Below, piece by piece: positions 1 to 12,003 of a stretch of DNA of 64,000 nucleotides. The notes beneath the pieces are model-generated. The model saw nothing but the letters and a program-made list of their open reading frames with translations. It made no database searches and was not told the origin of the DNA. Within the stretch, counting starts at the first letter, position 1, and each line of letters begins with the position of its first letter. The translations under genes and the position numbers were made by a program. The stretch comes from Balanoglossus misakiensis (Eukaryota > Animalia > Hemichordata): NCBI GenBank assembly GCA_040954595.2, contig CM082585.2:8325404-8389403 (forward strand), written 5' to 3'.

Positions 1-624
1 TAAAATTTATAGTATAAAGTGCATTGTGCATTGAACAGGTTGGGCTTTATTGCTTATGAGATTAGCTGAGAAGTTGGTTTTATGATGAGATAAACTATCC
101 CCACCCTATTGAAGCAAGTATCTACTTGTAAATAACAAGTGCCCATGTGTATGTGGGGTCAATGGGTGATGGGGGCCTGTGATTTGTCGTTGTGGTCGTT
201 GCACGAATTGCAAGATTACAAAATCGAAAGAAGCACTTATCATTAACTACCACAAATTAATTATAGTTGGCAATATTGTTTTGACATGTTTTGTTGGTAA
301 CTATAGAGACGGATAATACACATAAGTACATTAAACGCTACTCGGGTCACCCCGGTGCTGATATTGTCCCCTTTGACCCGAAGGCGTCATATATTTTCTC
401 ATTAAAAAGACAAATTTAAGCCCCCTTTTGTGGAATTCTGTCCGATTTAAAGTTCACTATTCAAACAGTTACTAAGTTTTAAGCGTACACAATGTTGACA
501 TAACTCTTTCCTGCTTGCAGTGATGCAGAATTCTAGATGCTGATGTTGGCAGTGTTGAATATCAAACCTTGGTAGTTGGTTCATTGAGATCAACCATTAC
601 AAATTTTGCTTGGTTCGTTTTCCC

Positions 625-656
625 CAGTCAGTCAGTCAGTCAGTCAGTCAGTCAGT
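625..656. repeat. (CAGT)n tetranucleotide microsatellite
   Basis: About 8 perfect CAGT units read directly from the sequence. Confidence 0.95.
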
Positions 657-1384
657 CTCTCAGTCTATACATCTGTCTGTCTATACGTCCATCCGCCACA
701 CTCCCTAATTTGAACTTTATTTTTTGTCTTGTATAGACACAATCTGGTAGCGTGCCATCCACTGTTTAGATGCTCGCACCTTTATGGTCAATCACCGGTG
801 ACCACTTCAACTCTTTACTACAGTTCATTAAACTGATAACTCCTATCTCAGCATCAATTTATCGTATCAGTCACTCCCACCCGCTGAAACTTTGACCCGG
901 ACTTTTCGGTCGTGAATACCTTTCAAGTTATGCTCAGGTTGAGTACACATCCATCAAACTGTACTGTTTTGTTGTGGTTTATTCTTTCGAATAAAATAGG
1001 GTAGCTCTTCAGCAGAGACTGAACGCCAGCTGAGCATTTTTCATATCGCAAAACTGTAGGCCTACATTGTATATGAGTGTCAACCGTCGGTTGTAATCAG
1101 GGGTTATCAAAATAACATCAAATATTTTAATGGCAGAAAGCAGATTTTAATGATAATGTACAAGTGCCAAGCCGAGCACCACTACACAAAAATGAAAGGA
1201 TCACACTAGAGTTAACATCATCTTGAGTATATGTAGTTATAATATTCGAAATGCAAATAATAAAGTTTTACTTGTTCGAGCCAAGTTCTTACACTTCTTG
1301 GAAACACAACTTCCTTCATAAGATTTACTGGTATTTGGTCAATAAGTCGATATAGATATTGTCTCTGAGTCCGTATCGGTATTT

Positions 1385-3658
1385 TCACAGATATCTGTAC
1401 TTTTTGACACACTTGTTGCCCGTGTCTGCCACGATCACGTTTCCGTCGCTCGTCGTGGCTATTCCCTGGGGGTCGGAAAGTTGGTCTCCGCCGCTGTCGA
1501 TGCAAGCCACGAAAGAGCCCTCGTGGGTGTACACCATCACCTGGTTCATCTCGTCGCAGACGAGCACGTAACCATGGCGATCCCTGGCCACCCCTTTCGG
1601 GTTGGACAGCTTCCCCCGCCGCAGGTCGCCGGCCGCGATCTCGTTCTCGAAGACGCCCTTTCTGTTGTAGGCCACGATCTTGTCGTTCCCCGTGTCCGAG
1701 ACGTAGACGTGACTGAAACTGCCGGGCTCCACGGACAGGAAAGTCGGGTCGCCCAGCTGCCCTTGCTCCGTTCCCGCGATGCCGAACTTGTGCAGCAGTT
1801 TCTTGTTCCTGGAGAAAACGAAGACGCACTTGACTTGGCTGTCGGCGACCACGATGTCGTCGTTTCTGTTCACGGAAACCCCGCACGGTTTCTTCATCTC
1901 CCGGTTCTCGATTTTCCCCTCCTCCTTCCCTTGATTCGTGTAGATGTGGACGCTGTTGTTGTTGTGTTCGCTGATGATCAGTCTCCCCTGGCGGTCGGCG
2001 GCTATGTCGTAGATGTCACCGAACGGGAGAATGAACTCGGACCGGTACTCGAGGTTAGTGTCGTACTGCACGACGCGGCTGTTGTTCTGGTCGCGGTCGG
2101 TGACGTAGATGTCGCCGCGGTGGTCCACCGCCACCCCGACGGGATTCACCAAGTTCCCGTTGTCGCCGCCGTCGTGGTCGTCTTCTCTCTTGGTGGTGTA
2201 CACCGGGTTGTTGCCGTTCACCCGGAAGGACAGCGGGCTCAGGTTGATGTGCTGGCCCCCGAGCTTCACGTTCAGGGTGTGGCCGCCGGGCACCTGGGGA
2301 CGGAACTGGCAGAGGTACGTGTCGCCGCTGACGCAGTGCACCGCGCACGGCAGGACTACGTCGTCCGGGTCGCGGACGTCGGCGCGCAGGGCGTAGGCGC
2401 CCAGCTTCTGGATCTGCCGGGAGCCGCCGAAGCTCACCACGGTTATCCCCGAGCGGATGCCGCACGTGATCGGGTCGGAGATGTCGTCGTCGTCGTCCTC
2501 CGGGGGGCTGATGATGGTCGGCGGGATGACGGTGGATAGCTGGATGTCGCCCAGTTGTGACAGGATACCCTGGAAGCTGTTCATACGCTTCTGGTCTCTG
2601 GCGAACCGCAGCGCCTGCTGCCTCCGCTTGTTGCCGAGCGCCTCTTCTCCCAACCTGTGCTTGGACAGAGCGTCCAGCCTGGCAACCACCTGCCCCGTGA
2701 CGGCTATCATTTCATCCTCGCCATATTTGTCCTTGGTGACCTCGTTCGCCATCTCCGTGGCTTCCTTGATGCTGGCCAGCGCTTCTTCGGCCTCCCGCTT
2801 CTTACTTTCGATCTCGTCTTCCATTAGGTTGTAAGCGGCGTCCAGTTTCTTCTTCATTCTGTCCTTGTGTTCATGTACGTATCTTTCGAGCACGAGGAAA
2901 TGCTTGATCAAATCGTGCTCAGCCCACGAACATTCCTCGCCCACGTGCTCAGATTCCTCTTTGACGTGTTTCACCTTCGTCTTCAAGATCCTCGCCTTCT
3001 TCGAGATTATCTTACCGAGGTACTCCAGGAGCTCCTTGTAGTGGGCCACGGCGACCTCCAAATTGATGACGTCATGCCCTCGCTGCGGATCGTGGTCCGT
3101 CACGGTGCACCGCTTGCAGATGACGACGTTGCACTTTCTGCAGAGCTTCTCCACCTTCTGCCGGTGTTTCCGGCACACCACCATGCGCTTGTACTCTTCC
3201 AGCAAGTGGATGTCCGTCTCTTCCAGCTCGCCGACCGCCACCAGGGTGTGCTCCCGGCTGAGCGGCACCCGCAGGTGCGCCTCGTGGCACGTCTGGCACA
3301 GGAACTGCAGGCACTGCCCGCACCAGCTGTACACCTCCGCGTCGTCGTCGCAGTTGCGGCACTTGGTGACGGCGTCGCCCTCCGCCTGCAGCTGCCACGC
3401 CAGCAGGACGTTCTTGGGGAACGCGTCCAGGCCCGTCTTGGGGGTCGACACCTTCTCGTTGCATTCCGGACAGTTGAAGACGCCTTTCTTCACGCCGAAC
3501 TTTTTCGTTAGGCAGCTTTGACAGACGCTGTGTAGACAAGGCAGGATGCGGGGGTCGTCAAAGCGCTCCTCACACACCGGACACTCCAGAGGATTTCTAG
3601 GCTCCATCTCCTCCTCCTCTTCCCCCTCCCCATCAACTATATCTTCCTCGTCGCTCAT
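1385..3658 (-). CDS. TRIM-NHL E3 ubiquitin ligase (TRIM2/TRIM3/TRIM71-like), intronless CDS, 757 aa
   Basis: C3HC4 RING (CPVC..LPCLHSVCQSC..CPEC), B-box1 (CRNC..CGQC..CQTCHEAH..H), B-box2 (CRKH..CRKC..CKRC..H..H), coiled coil, filamin repeat (FRPQVPGGHTLNVKLGGQHINLSP) and about 6 NHL repeats (PVGVAVD, PCGVSVN, PKGVARD, PQGIATT). The C-terminus KKYRYL resembles TRIM2/3. Confidence 0.95.
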   Translation of the reverse strand: MSDEEDIVDGEGEEEEEMEPRNPLECPVCEERFDDPRILPCLHSVCQSCLTKKFGVKKGVFNCPECNEKVSTPKTGLDAFPKNVLLAWQLQAEGDAVTKCRNCDDDAEVYSWCGQCLQFLCQTCHEAHLRVPLSREHTLVAVGELEETDIHLLEEYKRMVVCRKHRQKVEKLCRKCNVVICKRCTVTDHDPQRGHDVINLEVAVAHYKELLEYLGKIISKKARILKTKVKHVKEESEHVGEECSWAEHDLIKHFLVLERYVHEHKDRMKKKLDAAYNLMEDEIESKKREAEEALASIKEATEMANEVTKDKYGEDEMIAVTGQVVARLDALSKHRLGEEALGNKRRQQALRFARDQKRMNSFQGILSQLGDIQLSTVIPPTIISPPEDDDDDISDPITCGIRSGITVVSFGGSRQIQKLGAYALRADVRDPDDVVLPCAVHCVSGDTYLCQFRPQVPGGHTLNVKLGGQHINLSPLSFRVNGNNPVYTTKREDDHDGGDNGNLVNPVGVAVDHRGDIYVTDRDQNNSRVVQYDTNLEYRSEFILPFGDIYDIAADRQGRLIISEHNNNSVHIYTNQGKEEGKIENREMKKPCGVSVNRNDDIVVADSQVKCVFVFSRNKKLLHKFGIAGTEQGQLGDPTFLSVEPGSFSHVYVSDTGNDKIVAYNRKGVFENEIAAGDLRRGKLSNPKGVARDRHGYVLVCDEMNQVMVYTHEGSFVACIDSGGDQLSDPQGIATTSDGNVIVADTGNKCVKKYRYL

Positions 3659-5940
3659 ATTTTACGTGTACAGCTAAGAGCACAGATTTACAGTATGTTG
3701 CTCTATGTGTGAGGACAGGGGGCTGCTGTGTTTGGTTGTCAAACTCTGTCGCTAGACAGTGAAGCAATCAAGTTCTGGGATTTACAAATTAACTGAACCA
3801 ACGCCAGAGGTGACCAATGGGAACCGGAGAACAAATGTGATGAATGACCCAAAGCCACGACTTGGCTGACAGCCCTGTTTACATAGCGTGATCCAGTCCC
3901 CCCAATGATATCGTTATAATACACTGCGAACAAATCAACTCACTCACTCAGCAAGATTGGATCGACACATTTAAGCCCCTGTCCAGACCCTGATGTAGTT
4001 TTAATAAACGGTGCATGGCAGGCTAGAAGAAAAGTCTCCCGGCCTGTAAAGCTCGAGCGATGTCGGCATTTTACTGTCAAAGAGCGAAGAGATCTCAGCC
4101 CCGGTTATTCATTGATCAACCGCACTGACTACACCGATATGCCGCAGCGTCGTTCCTAAATTTCTGCGCGCTTTTGAAATGGTTGATTAAAGTACAAATC
4201 CTCACGCATTGTAGTTAATTTGAACCATACGCACAAATAACACCTGCGACAATAACTTAGGCTAAGCGTATCCTGAGTCATATATAACCCTTTTCTCACG
4301 TGCCGTCAACGCCGCCCCAGCGGCAGCGCTAGGGCGGCGTTAATTTGTAAGTGCCACGTGTGAAAAGGTGAGAGCGGCCCTGCGCCGCTCTTTTTTTGTG
4401 ACGGTGTTGAGGGGTGGGACCTGGGTCAGGGCGCCGCACTAAACAGCGATTCAAATCACGTGTGAACAGAAACACCGCACTAAACGCCGATCTAAACGCA
4501 CTCTTCCGACGCGGTTTGAGGGGATACAAGTGGCAGTTTCTAATGAGCTTGCATGTAAAATTACCCCTCTGAAAAGAGCGATGTTTAGCACCTTGCTTAG
4601 TCAACGGTCAATTTGCCTTGTTGCTGATGGTCATCAGTAAAATGAGGAGCCCCAAAACCTACAGGCAAAGCCTTGAGGTAGTCGGAACTTACTGCAGCTG
4701 GGGCTCTGCTGAAAAAATTGAGACGCCCAGTGGAAGTGGTAGTGAAACTTGTAGCAAAGTTCACGGTGATAATTGCTAGGCAACTAGGTCTTGCCATTGT
4801 CTGGCTAAAAATACATCCCTGTGCGTGAATAAATTAAAAACGTCTTTGTCCCAAGGGACCAACTCAAAGCCACATAACTAGCATGGAGTCATGCTACTAG
4901 TATATTACGCACTGGTTTCAAAGCTGTAAGACTCACAGGCGGTACCGTAGAAGCGCTTATACTTATAGGATGACTGTACAAAAACTGGAAAAGTGTGGAT
5001 TTTCTCGGATCTTCCATTTATTTGATGTGGAACAACAAATGGGACAAGTGGCGAAATGTGTCCTTGATTTTCAATCGCACCATGAAGCCTATTTGAACCT
5101 AATTTGCATAAATGTCCGAGTGCGGTGATCCCGTCCCTTTTATACACATGTGAATGCAAAACTATTTGAGTCGCAGATAAGAAATGTTTACCAACTTTTA
5201 TAATCCAAAAAAGGGCGCCCTAATCATTGCACGTGTGCAAGCGACTTATATGTCTTGAATTTGACTCAGTGATGTGGGAACTGCGGATAACTGATAACTA
5301 GACAACACACTTAATCATGTTAATCTACTTCAAACACCAACCATTGACAAGCCATCAGATTGTTCTGATAAAATCCACAAGAAGGAAGTAACTTTATGAA
5401 ACATTTTCATCATTCTACCACACACCGTGATCTCTTAATCCGATTTGCTCGATAATACATTCCAGAAGGGCAGATTTGTCACTAAATTAAAATATAATGG
5501 AATCTAACTGACTAGACATTTCCAGGTTTTAGTTTTGATTTGACATCTTCTTGTCAAGAACAGTTATAAAACCACAGTCCGAATTCCTGGGTTTCGCAGG
5601 TATTATAGACACAGGATAATTAGTGACACATTGAAGACAGCCTTATCTATATGCCCTGTACATAATTGTACAACTGTGTTTTAGAGTGGTCAAATGGTGG
5701 CGCTAGTTCGATAATCATTATCATTTTGAACATCTTGTCATGAGTTCAGGCTACAGTTATTTTCTCCACCGCAAACAAGAAGTTCTTCATTAATAACATG
5801 TCCGCCAATCTTTGTACTATCGCGAGCTTATGCGCCTGATAACCCATGCTACTTTTATTTTGAAACCTGGGTGGTTTGTGAAATTGCAAAAAATGGTGAA
5901 AAGCAAAGTAAGACTGATTATTCATACCACCTGTTGATTG

Positions 5941-5941
<1 letters not shown>

Positions 5942-6013
<72 letters not shown>
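5942..6013. repeat. (TG)n dinucleotide microsatellite (~36 units)
   Basis: Uninterrupted TG run between the two TRIM genes. Confidence 0.97.
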
Positions 6014-6015
<2 letters not shown>

Positions 6016-6550
6016 TATCTGCCTGTGTCTGACGATGGACACAGACAATAATCTATAATAAATTGAAAGGCGCGTTGATGTTTTTTTTCACCTTTGGAAT
6101 TATAATCTCAGTCATTATATCTGTTTTAGTCGCCAGGCAACAAACTCTTTGTTCTCGTGTCAGGCGGCGTTGTTTGTTTTGTTTGTTTGGTTGTGAAGCA
6201 ATAATAAATCATAGGAAACACAAACCCTTTAAAACCATCTTCCTACCGACCCACTGTTGGTAGGATCTAGGCTCATTCCAACCACTTTGGCAAAATTAAT
6301 TACAAGTTGAAATCAGCGACTGACAGTTTTCTCTCAATGAAAGGTCACTAAGGGGGAAGGACACTCTGACGGACTAGCCCCCGCTACTTGTACTAGCCAC
6401 AGTACAGCTCGTCGTTTCGTATTGTCTGGTACGGACACCCCCGGACTGAGTGCGTGTATATCCCATAGAAACACCTGGTAAACGAAACACGCTGCAGTAA
6501 AATAAGCAGGGCAGTCAGACAAGCTCTGAAGTGGTAAGGCCGAAAAAAAT

Positions 6551-8785
6551 ATGTCAGACAGCGAGGAAGGTGACGAGTTGGACGAACAGCAGAGCGACAA
6601 GAAGTGCCCGGTATGTAACAGGAATTTTTCCGATCCAAAATTATTGCCATGTCTACACACGGTGTGTCGGGGCTGTCTGACCAGGACGTACGGCGTCGGT
6701 GGTGCGGGTGCCAAGCGGGCTGAGATCAAATGCCCGGTGTGCCGAGAGAAGGTCGTGCTGCCGTCCAACGGGCTGGACGGGCTGCCCAAGAACGTCCTGG
6801 TCCTGCGGCGGCGGCTGGAGGAGATAGCCCAGAACGGCGACGACGGCGAGGTCATGTGCCAGAACTGCACCGACGACTCGCAGGCCGTCAGCTGGTGTCA
6901 CCAGTGCCTGCAGTTCCAGTGCGACAAGTGCACGGACGCGCACAAGCGCGTGGCTCCCTTCAGGAAGCACGTGCTGGTGCTGCTCGAGGAGCTGGGCGAG
7001 AACTTCGAGGAGCTGGAGCGCGTCAAGCACATGATCATCTGCAAGAAGCACAGGAAGAAAGTCAGCAAGTTCTGCCGGACCTGCAAGGTGGCCATCTGCC
7101 TGACCTGCAACGAGCAAGAACACGCGCCGGGGCGAGGGCACGACGTGGTCAGACTGGCCACGGCCGGCAGGTACTACCGGGACAACATCCACAAACTGCG
7201 CCAAGACATGCGAAAACGGACCAAGACGCTGGAGAAGTACATCGACCACCTGGAGGACGAGAAGGCGGACATCGACAGAGACAAGCACAGCGCGGAGCGG
7301 GAGCTGGAGCGGCTCTTCGACCACCTGTCCCGGTCGCTGTACCAGCAGAGGCGTCGGATGGAGACCAAGCTGGAGGCGGCGCGGAAACTGAAAGAGGAAA
7401 TGCTGGATGATAGCGAGAAAAAGCTGCGGGACTCCATGGTGAACCTTGAGTTGGCGAGCAGCATGTCCAAGGAGACCCTCAGGAGCGAGAGCAGTCCCGA
7501 AGTGGTCGCGATGATGGGGCAGGTGGCGTCCAGGATGAACGACCTGGTGGCCGCCCGGGTGAGCGCCAAGCACCGAAAGACCAGCAAAAGCGGGGAGCCG
7601 GCGCTGAAGTTCGTGACGGACAGTCCCAAGATCAACACTTTCTACGATCTCATCGCTCACCTGGGGGAAGTGAAGGTGAACACGTACATACCGCCGACTA
7701 TAATCGAGCCCGACGAAGGGGACGTGATCGTGTGCGGACAGAGGTACGGCCTGATCATGGTCAGCTTCGGCGGCGACGTGCAGCTGGAGAAGCACACCGT
7801 GCACGCATTCAGGGCAGAACTCCACGACCCGGACGATATCATCATCCCGTGTCACCTGAGGAGCACGCGGAGCGGGACCTACCGCTGCGAGTTCCGCCCC
7901 CAGGTGCCGGGACCGCACAGCCTCACCGTGAAGCTGTCCGGCCGCAACATCAACGGGAGTCCGTTCAAGTTCGACGTCGTGCCCAACGAGTTCGAGACGG
8001 AGGAAGACGGGGGTGGGTTCGAGTGCGGCCAGTTTGGAGAGCCGACTGGCATCGCCATGTACAGTACAGATCTCTACGTGACCGACCCCCAGAACAAAAG
8101 GGTCGTCGTCATCAACTCTCTGTTCGAATTCGAAAACTCAATCGGTCTCCCCTTCAAACCTTATGACATAGCCTTCGACACGTCTGGTAATTTAGTGATG
8201 ACAGAAGAAGACGGGGATTGCATATACATCTATGACGTAGACGGTGACGAGCAGGCTAAAATCACGAACGACCAGCTCAAGAAGACGTGTGGGGTGGCGG
8301 TCGACCGGCGCGACAATATCTTGGTCGCCGATAGCGAGTCCGGTTGCATCTTCGTCTTCAAGCCGGACGGCGAGCTCCAGCAGCGGATCGGCCAGTCAGG
8401 CAAGAGTTCCGATTGCCTCCGAAACCCCACCTTCCTGGCCGTGGATAAGTTCGGGTGCGTCTACGTCTCCGACGGCGGCAACCACCGGGTGGTGGTCTAC
8501 TCGGGCAACGGTCACTTCCTGCGACACTTCAGCATCAGCGGGCACGGGCGCGGCCGCCTGGAGCACCCGATGGGCATCGCCAGGGACCGCTCCGGCCACG
8601 TGCTGGTCAGCGACAGCGCGGCCAACAAGGTGATGGTGTACACGACAGAGGGCGCGTTCGTGACTTGCGTCGAGAGCGTCGAGAATGCACTCAACCAGCC
8701 TCACGGCCTCGTCACGACGGGCGACGGGTGTTTCGTCATCGCCGACAGAGGAAGCGGCTCCATCAAGAAGTACAGATATATTTGA
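6551..8785 (+). CDS. TRIM-NHL E3 ubiquitin ligase (TRIM2/TRIM3/TRIM71-like), intronless CDS, 744 aa; paralog of 1385..3658
   Basis: RING (CPVC..LPCLHTVCRGC..CPVC), two B-boxes, coiled coil, filamin repeat (FRPQVPGPHSLTVKLSGRNINGSP), NHL repeats and C-terminal KKYRYI. Confidence 0.95.
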   Translation: MSDSEEGDELDEQQSDKKCPVCNRNFSDPKLLPCLHTVCRGCLTRTYGVGGAGAKRAEIKCPVCREKVVLPSNGLDGLPKNVLVLRRRLEEIAQNGDDGEVMCQNCTDDSQAVSWCHQCLQFQCDKCTDAHKRVAPFRKHVLVLLEELGENFEELERVKHMIICKKHRKKVSKFCRTCKVAICLTCNEQEHAPGRGHDVVRLATAGRYYRDNIHKLRQDMRKRTKTLEKYIDHLEDEKADIDRDKHSAERELERLFDHLSRSLYQQRRRMETKLEAARKLKEEMLDDSEKKLRDSMVNLELASSMSKETLRSESSPEVVAMMGQVASRMNDLVAARVSAKHRKTSKSGEPALKFVTDSPKINTFYDLIAHLGEVKVNTYIPPTIIEPDEGDVIVCGQRYGLIMVSFGGDVQLEKHTVHAFRAELHDPDDIIIPCHLRSTRSGTYRCEFRPQVPGPHSLTVKLSGRNINGSPFKFDVVPNEFETEEDGGGFECGQFGEPTGIAMYSTDLYVTDPQNKRVVVINSLFEFENSIGLPFKPYDIAFDTSGNLVMTEEDGDCIYIYDVDGDEQAKITNDQLKKTCGVAVDRRDNILVADSESGCIFVFKPDGELQQRIGQSGKSSDCLRNPTFLAVDKFGCVYVSDGGNHRVVVYSGNGHFLRHFSISGHGRGRLEHPMGIARDRSGHVLVSDSAANKVMVYTTEGAFVTCVESVENALNQPHGLVTTGDGCFVIADRGSGSIKKYRYI

Positions 8786-10770
8786 AAAAGACCGACTGGA
8801 CCGCTTCTGTTCGTAATGACTGGCGACGTCATTTTATAGCGGCAATCACAAATACGAAAGTTCTTCATCATCTTCCAGTTTATAATGAAAGTGTCCTGAA
8901 ATTAGTTTGGGTGAAACAATGAACAATTATGCGACCATTTGAAGTTTCAATATCAGGATTTTGACAGAAAGAATTTATCATATCAATCTGTGCATTGATT
9001 CGACACGCGTGTATCATTCAGACCAATTTATTTTTGACAATTCAACTGGCATCATAGTTTCGTTTTCAGCTCAACATCTCTCCTTTTATAAATTCAACTC
9101 TGAATATATATATATTCGGCTTAGATCATTCGTTACTTTGTTTGATTCGTTTCTTAGTTTGCTTGTTTGACTTTAATTTTTTCATGTTGAGTTTGTTGTT
9201 ATTGTACATTTCTTTTACAAAACTGGGTGATTGGTGCTTTCGCTATCGGCATGTTTGCATACGACAAATGCCCACCGTATACGCAATAAACCTGTGAATT
9301 ATACGACCAAATTCACTTCTCTGTCTCAATATTCAAACGATTTTCTCACCTTTTGGAATATCAGAAGCAGCGACGAACCAATACCGCGAATCTGGGCAAC
9401 CAATACACGGTGACATCGCGGTAAAATTCAAACTTTGACCCCCTCGAGTGTTTGGGGGATGGCCAAACGAATTATTATACTTGTAATGTCGTGGCATGCA
9501 CAGTTAGTTGCTTGGTAGGAAAACAATTCAGATGTGTAAATAGCTCAAATCGCAATCTATAATGTAGTCCGCACCGCCCTAACCAAGGCGAAGCTTGTAA
9601 ATTGTTTGTAATGCTGTGTTGTTTCCAATGGCAACATGCCGATGATGTACAGCACTATGCGGGCCCCGGGTGTAGACCGGCTGTAAATGCGGGTGAATTT
9701 GGGTCTGGCCCTGGCCCGTTTCTGTCGCTGGCTGTGCTCTGCGATCTGTCATCATGATCTGCACGTGTACGTTAGTTTATAACCCTGTGTGCCTTTAATG
9801 GGATTTTAGTCGGAGCTCCGGCGAACGTTTACGACGAAGGCATCGCTTAGAGGCCAGCCACACACCAGACGTTGACACATTTCAATACTGGTATTATAGA
9901 AGTGACTAGACATTTTTCTTATTGGGGGTCAAAATTGCAATTTTGAATTCATAAGTGAAGACAACGACATATGCAAGACAAATAGACTTTATTTTCAAAG
10001 ATCATAGTACACTTTTGCTGATGAGTACCGGGTACATCTGATGAGCTACATGGGCATTTGCATTCAGATTCAAGTGGAATCTTCTTGGAAATATTTGCAC
10101 ATATGTCCCTTTCCAGGAAAGAAAACTTTCTACCCGTCTGGTACATTAATTTTCAGTATGCATCACCGGTATTTCATCAAAGCTGACTAGGTACAATTGA
10201 TTGCTTTGGATATTTTTCAAGGCAGTGAATGTTGAGAAAAAGAACTTTTTTCCTGAGAAATGAAATTTAACTTCAACATGGTGAGTTGCAAGAAATTGCT
10301 AGTATGTTACTGCTTCCATACTGCAAACATCTATGATATATTATCAACAGTATTTGAAAATAACGGCCCAGATTTTTTTTCAGCCTCAATTTTTGGATAA
10401 TGTATCTTGGTTAAAATATGTTACGAGTACTTGCACACTGGGACTCCTCTCTGGAAGGAATGTACGGTAGGTAATGACTCTCTGAAATACTCAACTGCGT
10501 CATGGAAACTCAAGTAAGGCCATTTGATCAAAACAAGCAGATCATTATTCTTTGACAAAACCCTATTTCGCACATTTGCATCAGATATCATGATTTTGAG
10601 ACAAAAAGAAAAATAAGTCATATTCCTCAGATTTACAATATCATCATCTTGTTTGGAAAATTCAACAAAAAAGTTAAGTTTTTTTTTTCAATAATGCCAC
10701 ACTGATACAACAACACAAATTGGAAATGTTGTGGTACAAGGAAAAATTTGAGATGTGGGGATCAAGGCAC

Positions 10771-12003
10771 TTAAGAGGACAGTTTTTCTTCCAGTTCTTT
10801 GTCAAATAGGTATTCTCCAACGCCACTTCCAACACGCTTCAGATTGGTGATCATGTCAGAGATTTCTTTAATACTTTCCACTTGTTCCTTCAGGAAATGA
10901 TCTGGAGAAAAAAAACGCACAAAGACAATGTTATAGAGACTTTAATCAAACACACAAGATTTGGGCAAGACAAAATATTCAACTCAAGGTTAGTGTTGTA
11001 ATAATACCTTCAATGAAGTCAGACAACTGAGGATCGTTCTTTGAAGAAACCAGGGTGTGCAGATCGAGAAGTGACTGGTTGACCTGCTTTTCCAAGTCCA
11101 AAGCCGTTTCCATGGCAGCCAATGCTGTACCCCAGTCATCTAACTTGGGTTTCTTGATGTCTTGCAAGCAGATTCGACCACCTCTCTTGTTCTGCACCTC
11201 CATTAGCTGTGGCAAAAGTAATGCATCGTAAGCAACAGTATGGCTCAACATTGAAACAGGTTTAGAGGCTATACCTTTCACTTTGTACCAGATGGTTTGT
11301 TGGACTTTGGTACCACGAAGAAAATGCATGCACTTTACCCAGGATGATCTGAAACCGTTCTTGAATAAATTAACAAACAATCATAATCTTGTAACGGCAT
11401 TAGGAGATAACGAGTGGGTGTCAACCATCATCTTAAACAATGGGCCAAATGACTACCCATGGCCGGGTCTTTTTTCTTGCACGCCTATGTTGCCAGGGAT
11501 TGTCATGATACAGTCATGGGAATACACATCATTACGGGGAATCAGGGTATTTCAGCAAGCAGGAAAATATTAAGATATTGAAGTATGATCTGATTCAAAT
11601 CAGATGTAGGGAATGGGATTAGATTGTTTGTTTGTATTACAATCGCTCAGTGCGATGCACCAGCCTTGACATCAGCTCGGGTCTCTTTGTATTGTAATCT
11701 CATGGCAAGGGCTGGCGCGGCCTCGCCTCCCAACAACATGAGAAGCAAAGACATAAAAAGGGTCAAAGACCGTGAAGGGCTAGTACTGGATGACGACAAC
11801 TAAGTTAATACCTTTTCTGCGTGTTCTCTTTCTTCGTCTGCGTTTTTCTTGAAGAACTTATGCAACCCTGGTAGAGCGACATCGTCACGGTCAAAATGGA
11901 AGGCCATGGATTGGTACACATAGCTTGCGTAAAGCTCTAGGTTTATCTGCTTATTCACGGCAGCTTCACACTCTTCGTGGTAATTCTGGCGACACTGTGA
12001 CAT
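10771..12003 (-). CDS. Ferritin, H-type (soma ferritin), 3 exons, 173 aa
   Basis: Exons 12003-11812, 11206-11008 and 10901-10771 have GT-AG junctions with matching phases (522 nt). Protein [38 protein letters not shown]|[34 protein letters not shown]|[21 protein letters not shown]. Ferroxidase residues (E27, Y34, E62, H65, E107, Q141 equivalents) are present. No signal peptide. Confidence 0.96.

Noticed and set aside
1218-3539. Long overlapping ORFs on other frames and the opposite strand of TRIM gene 1
   Set aside because: Shadow ORFs caused by high GC3 codon bias; no recognisable domains.
4372-4397. Rho-independent terminator-like hairpin plus T7
   Set aside because: The context is eukaryotic. 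It is treated as part of the structured cassette finding instead.
5746-6048. 100-aa ORF with a poly-(HT) tract
   Set aside because: Translation of the (CA)n microsatellite.
6334-8922. Overlapping alternative ORFs (e.g. 6653-7918 minus) across TRIM gene 2
   Set aside because: Antisense or frame-shifted shadows of a GC-rich CDS.
9577-9584. Telomerase-RNA template-like CCCTAACC near a hairpin
   Set aside because: Similar 8-9-mers occur by chance elsewhere (about 33879, 33932, 46595), and I could not identify a pseudoknot or H/ACA domain.
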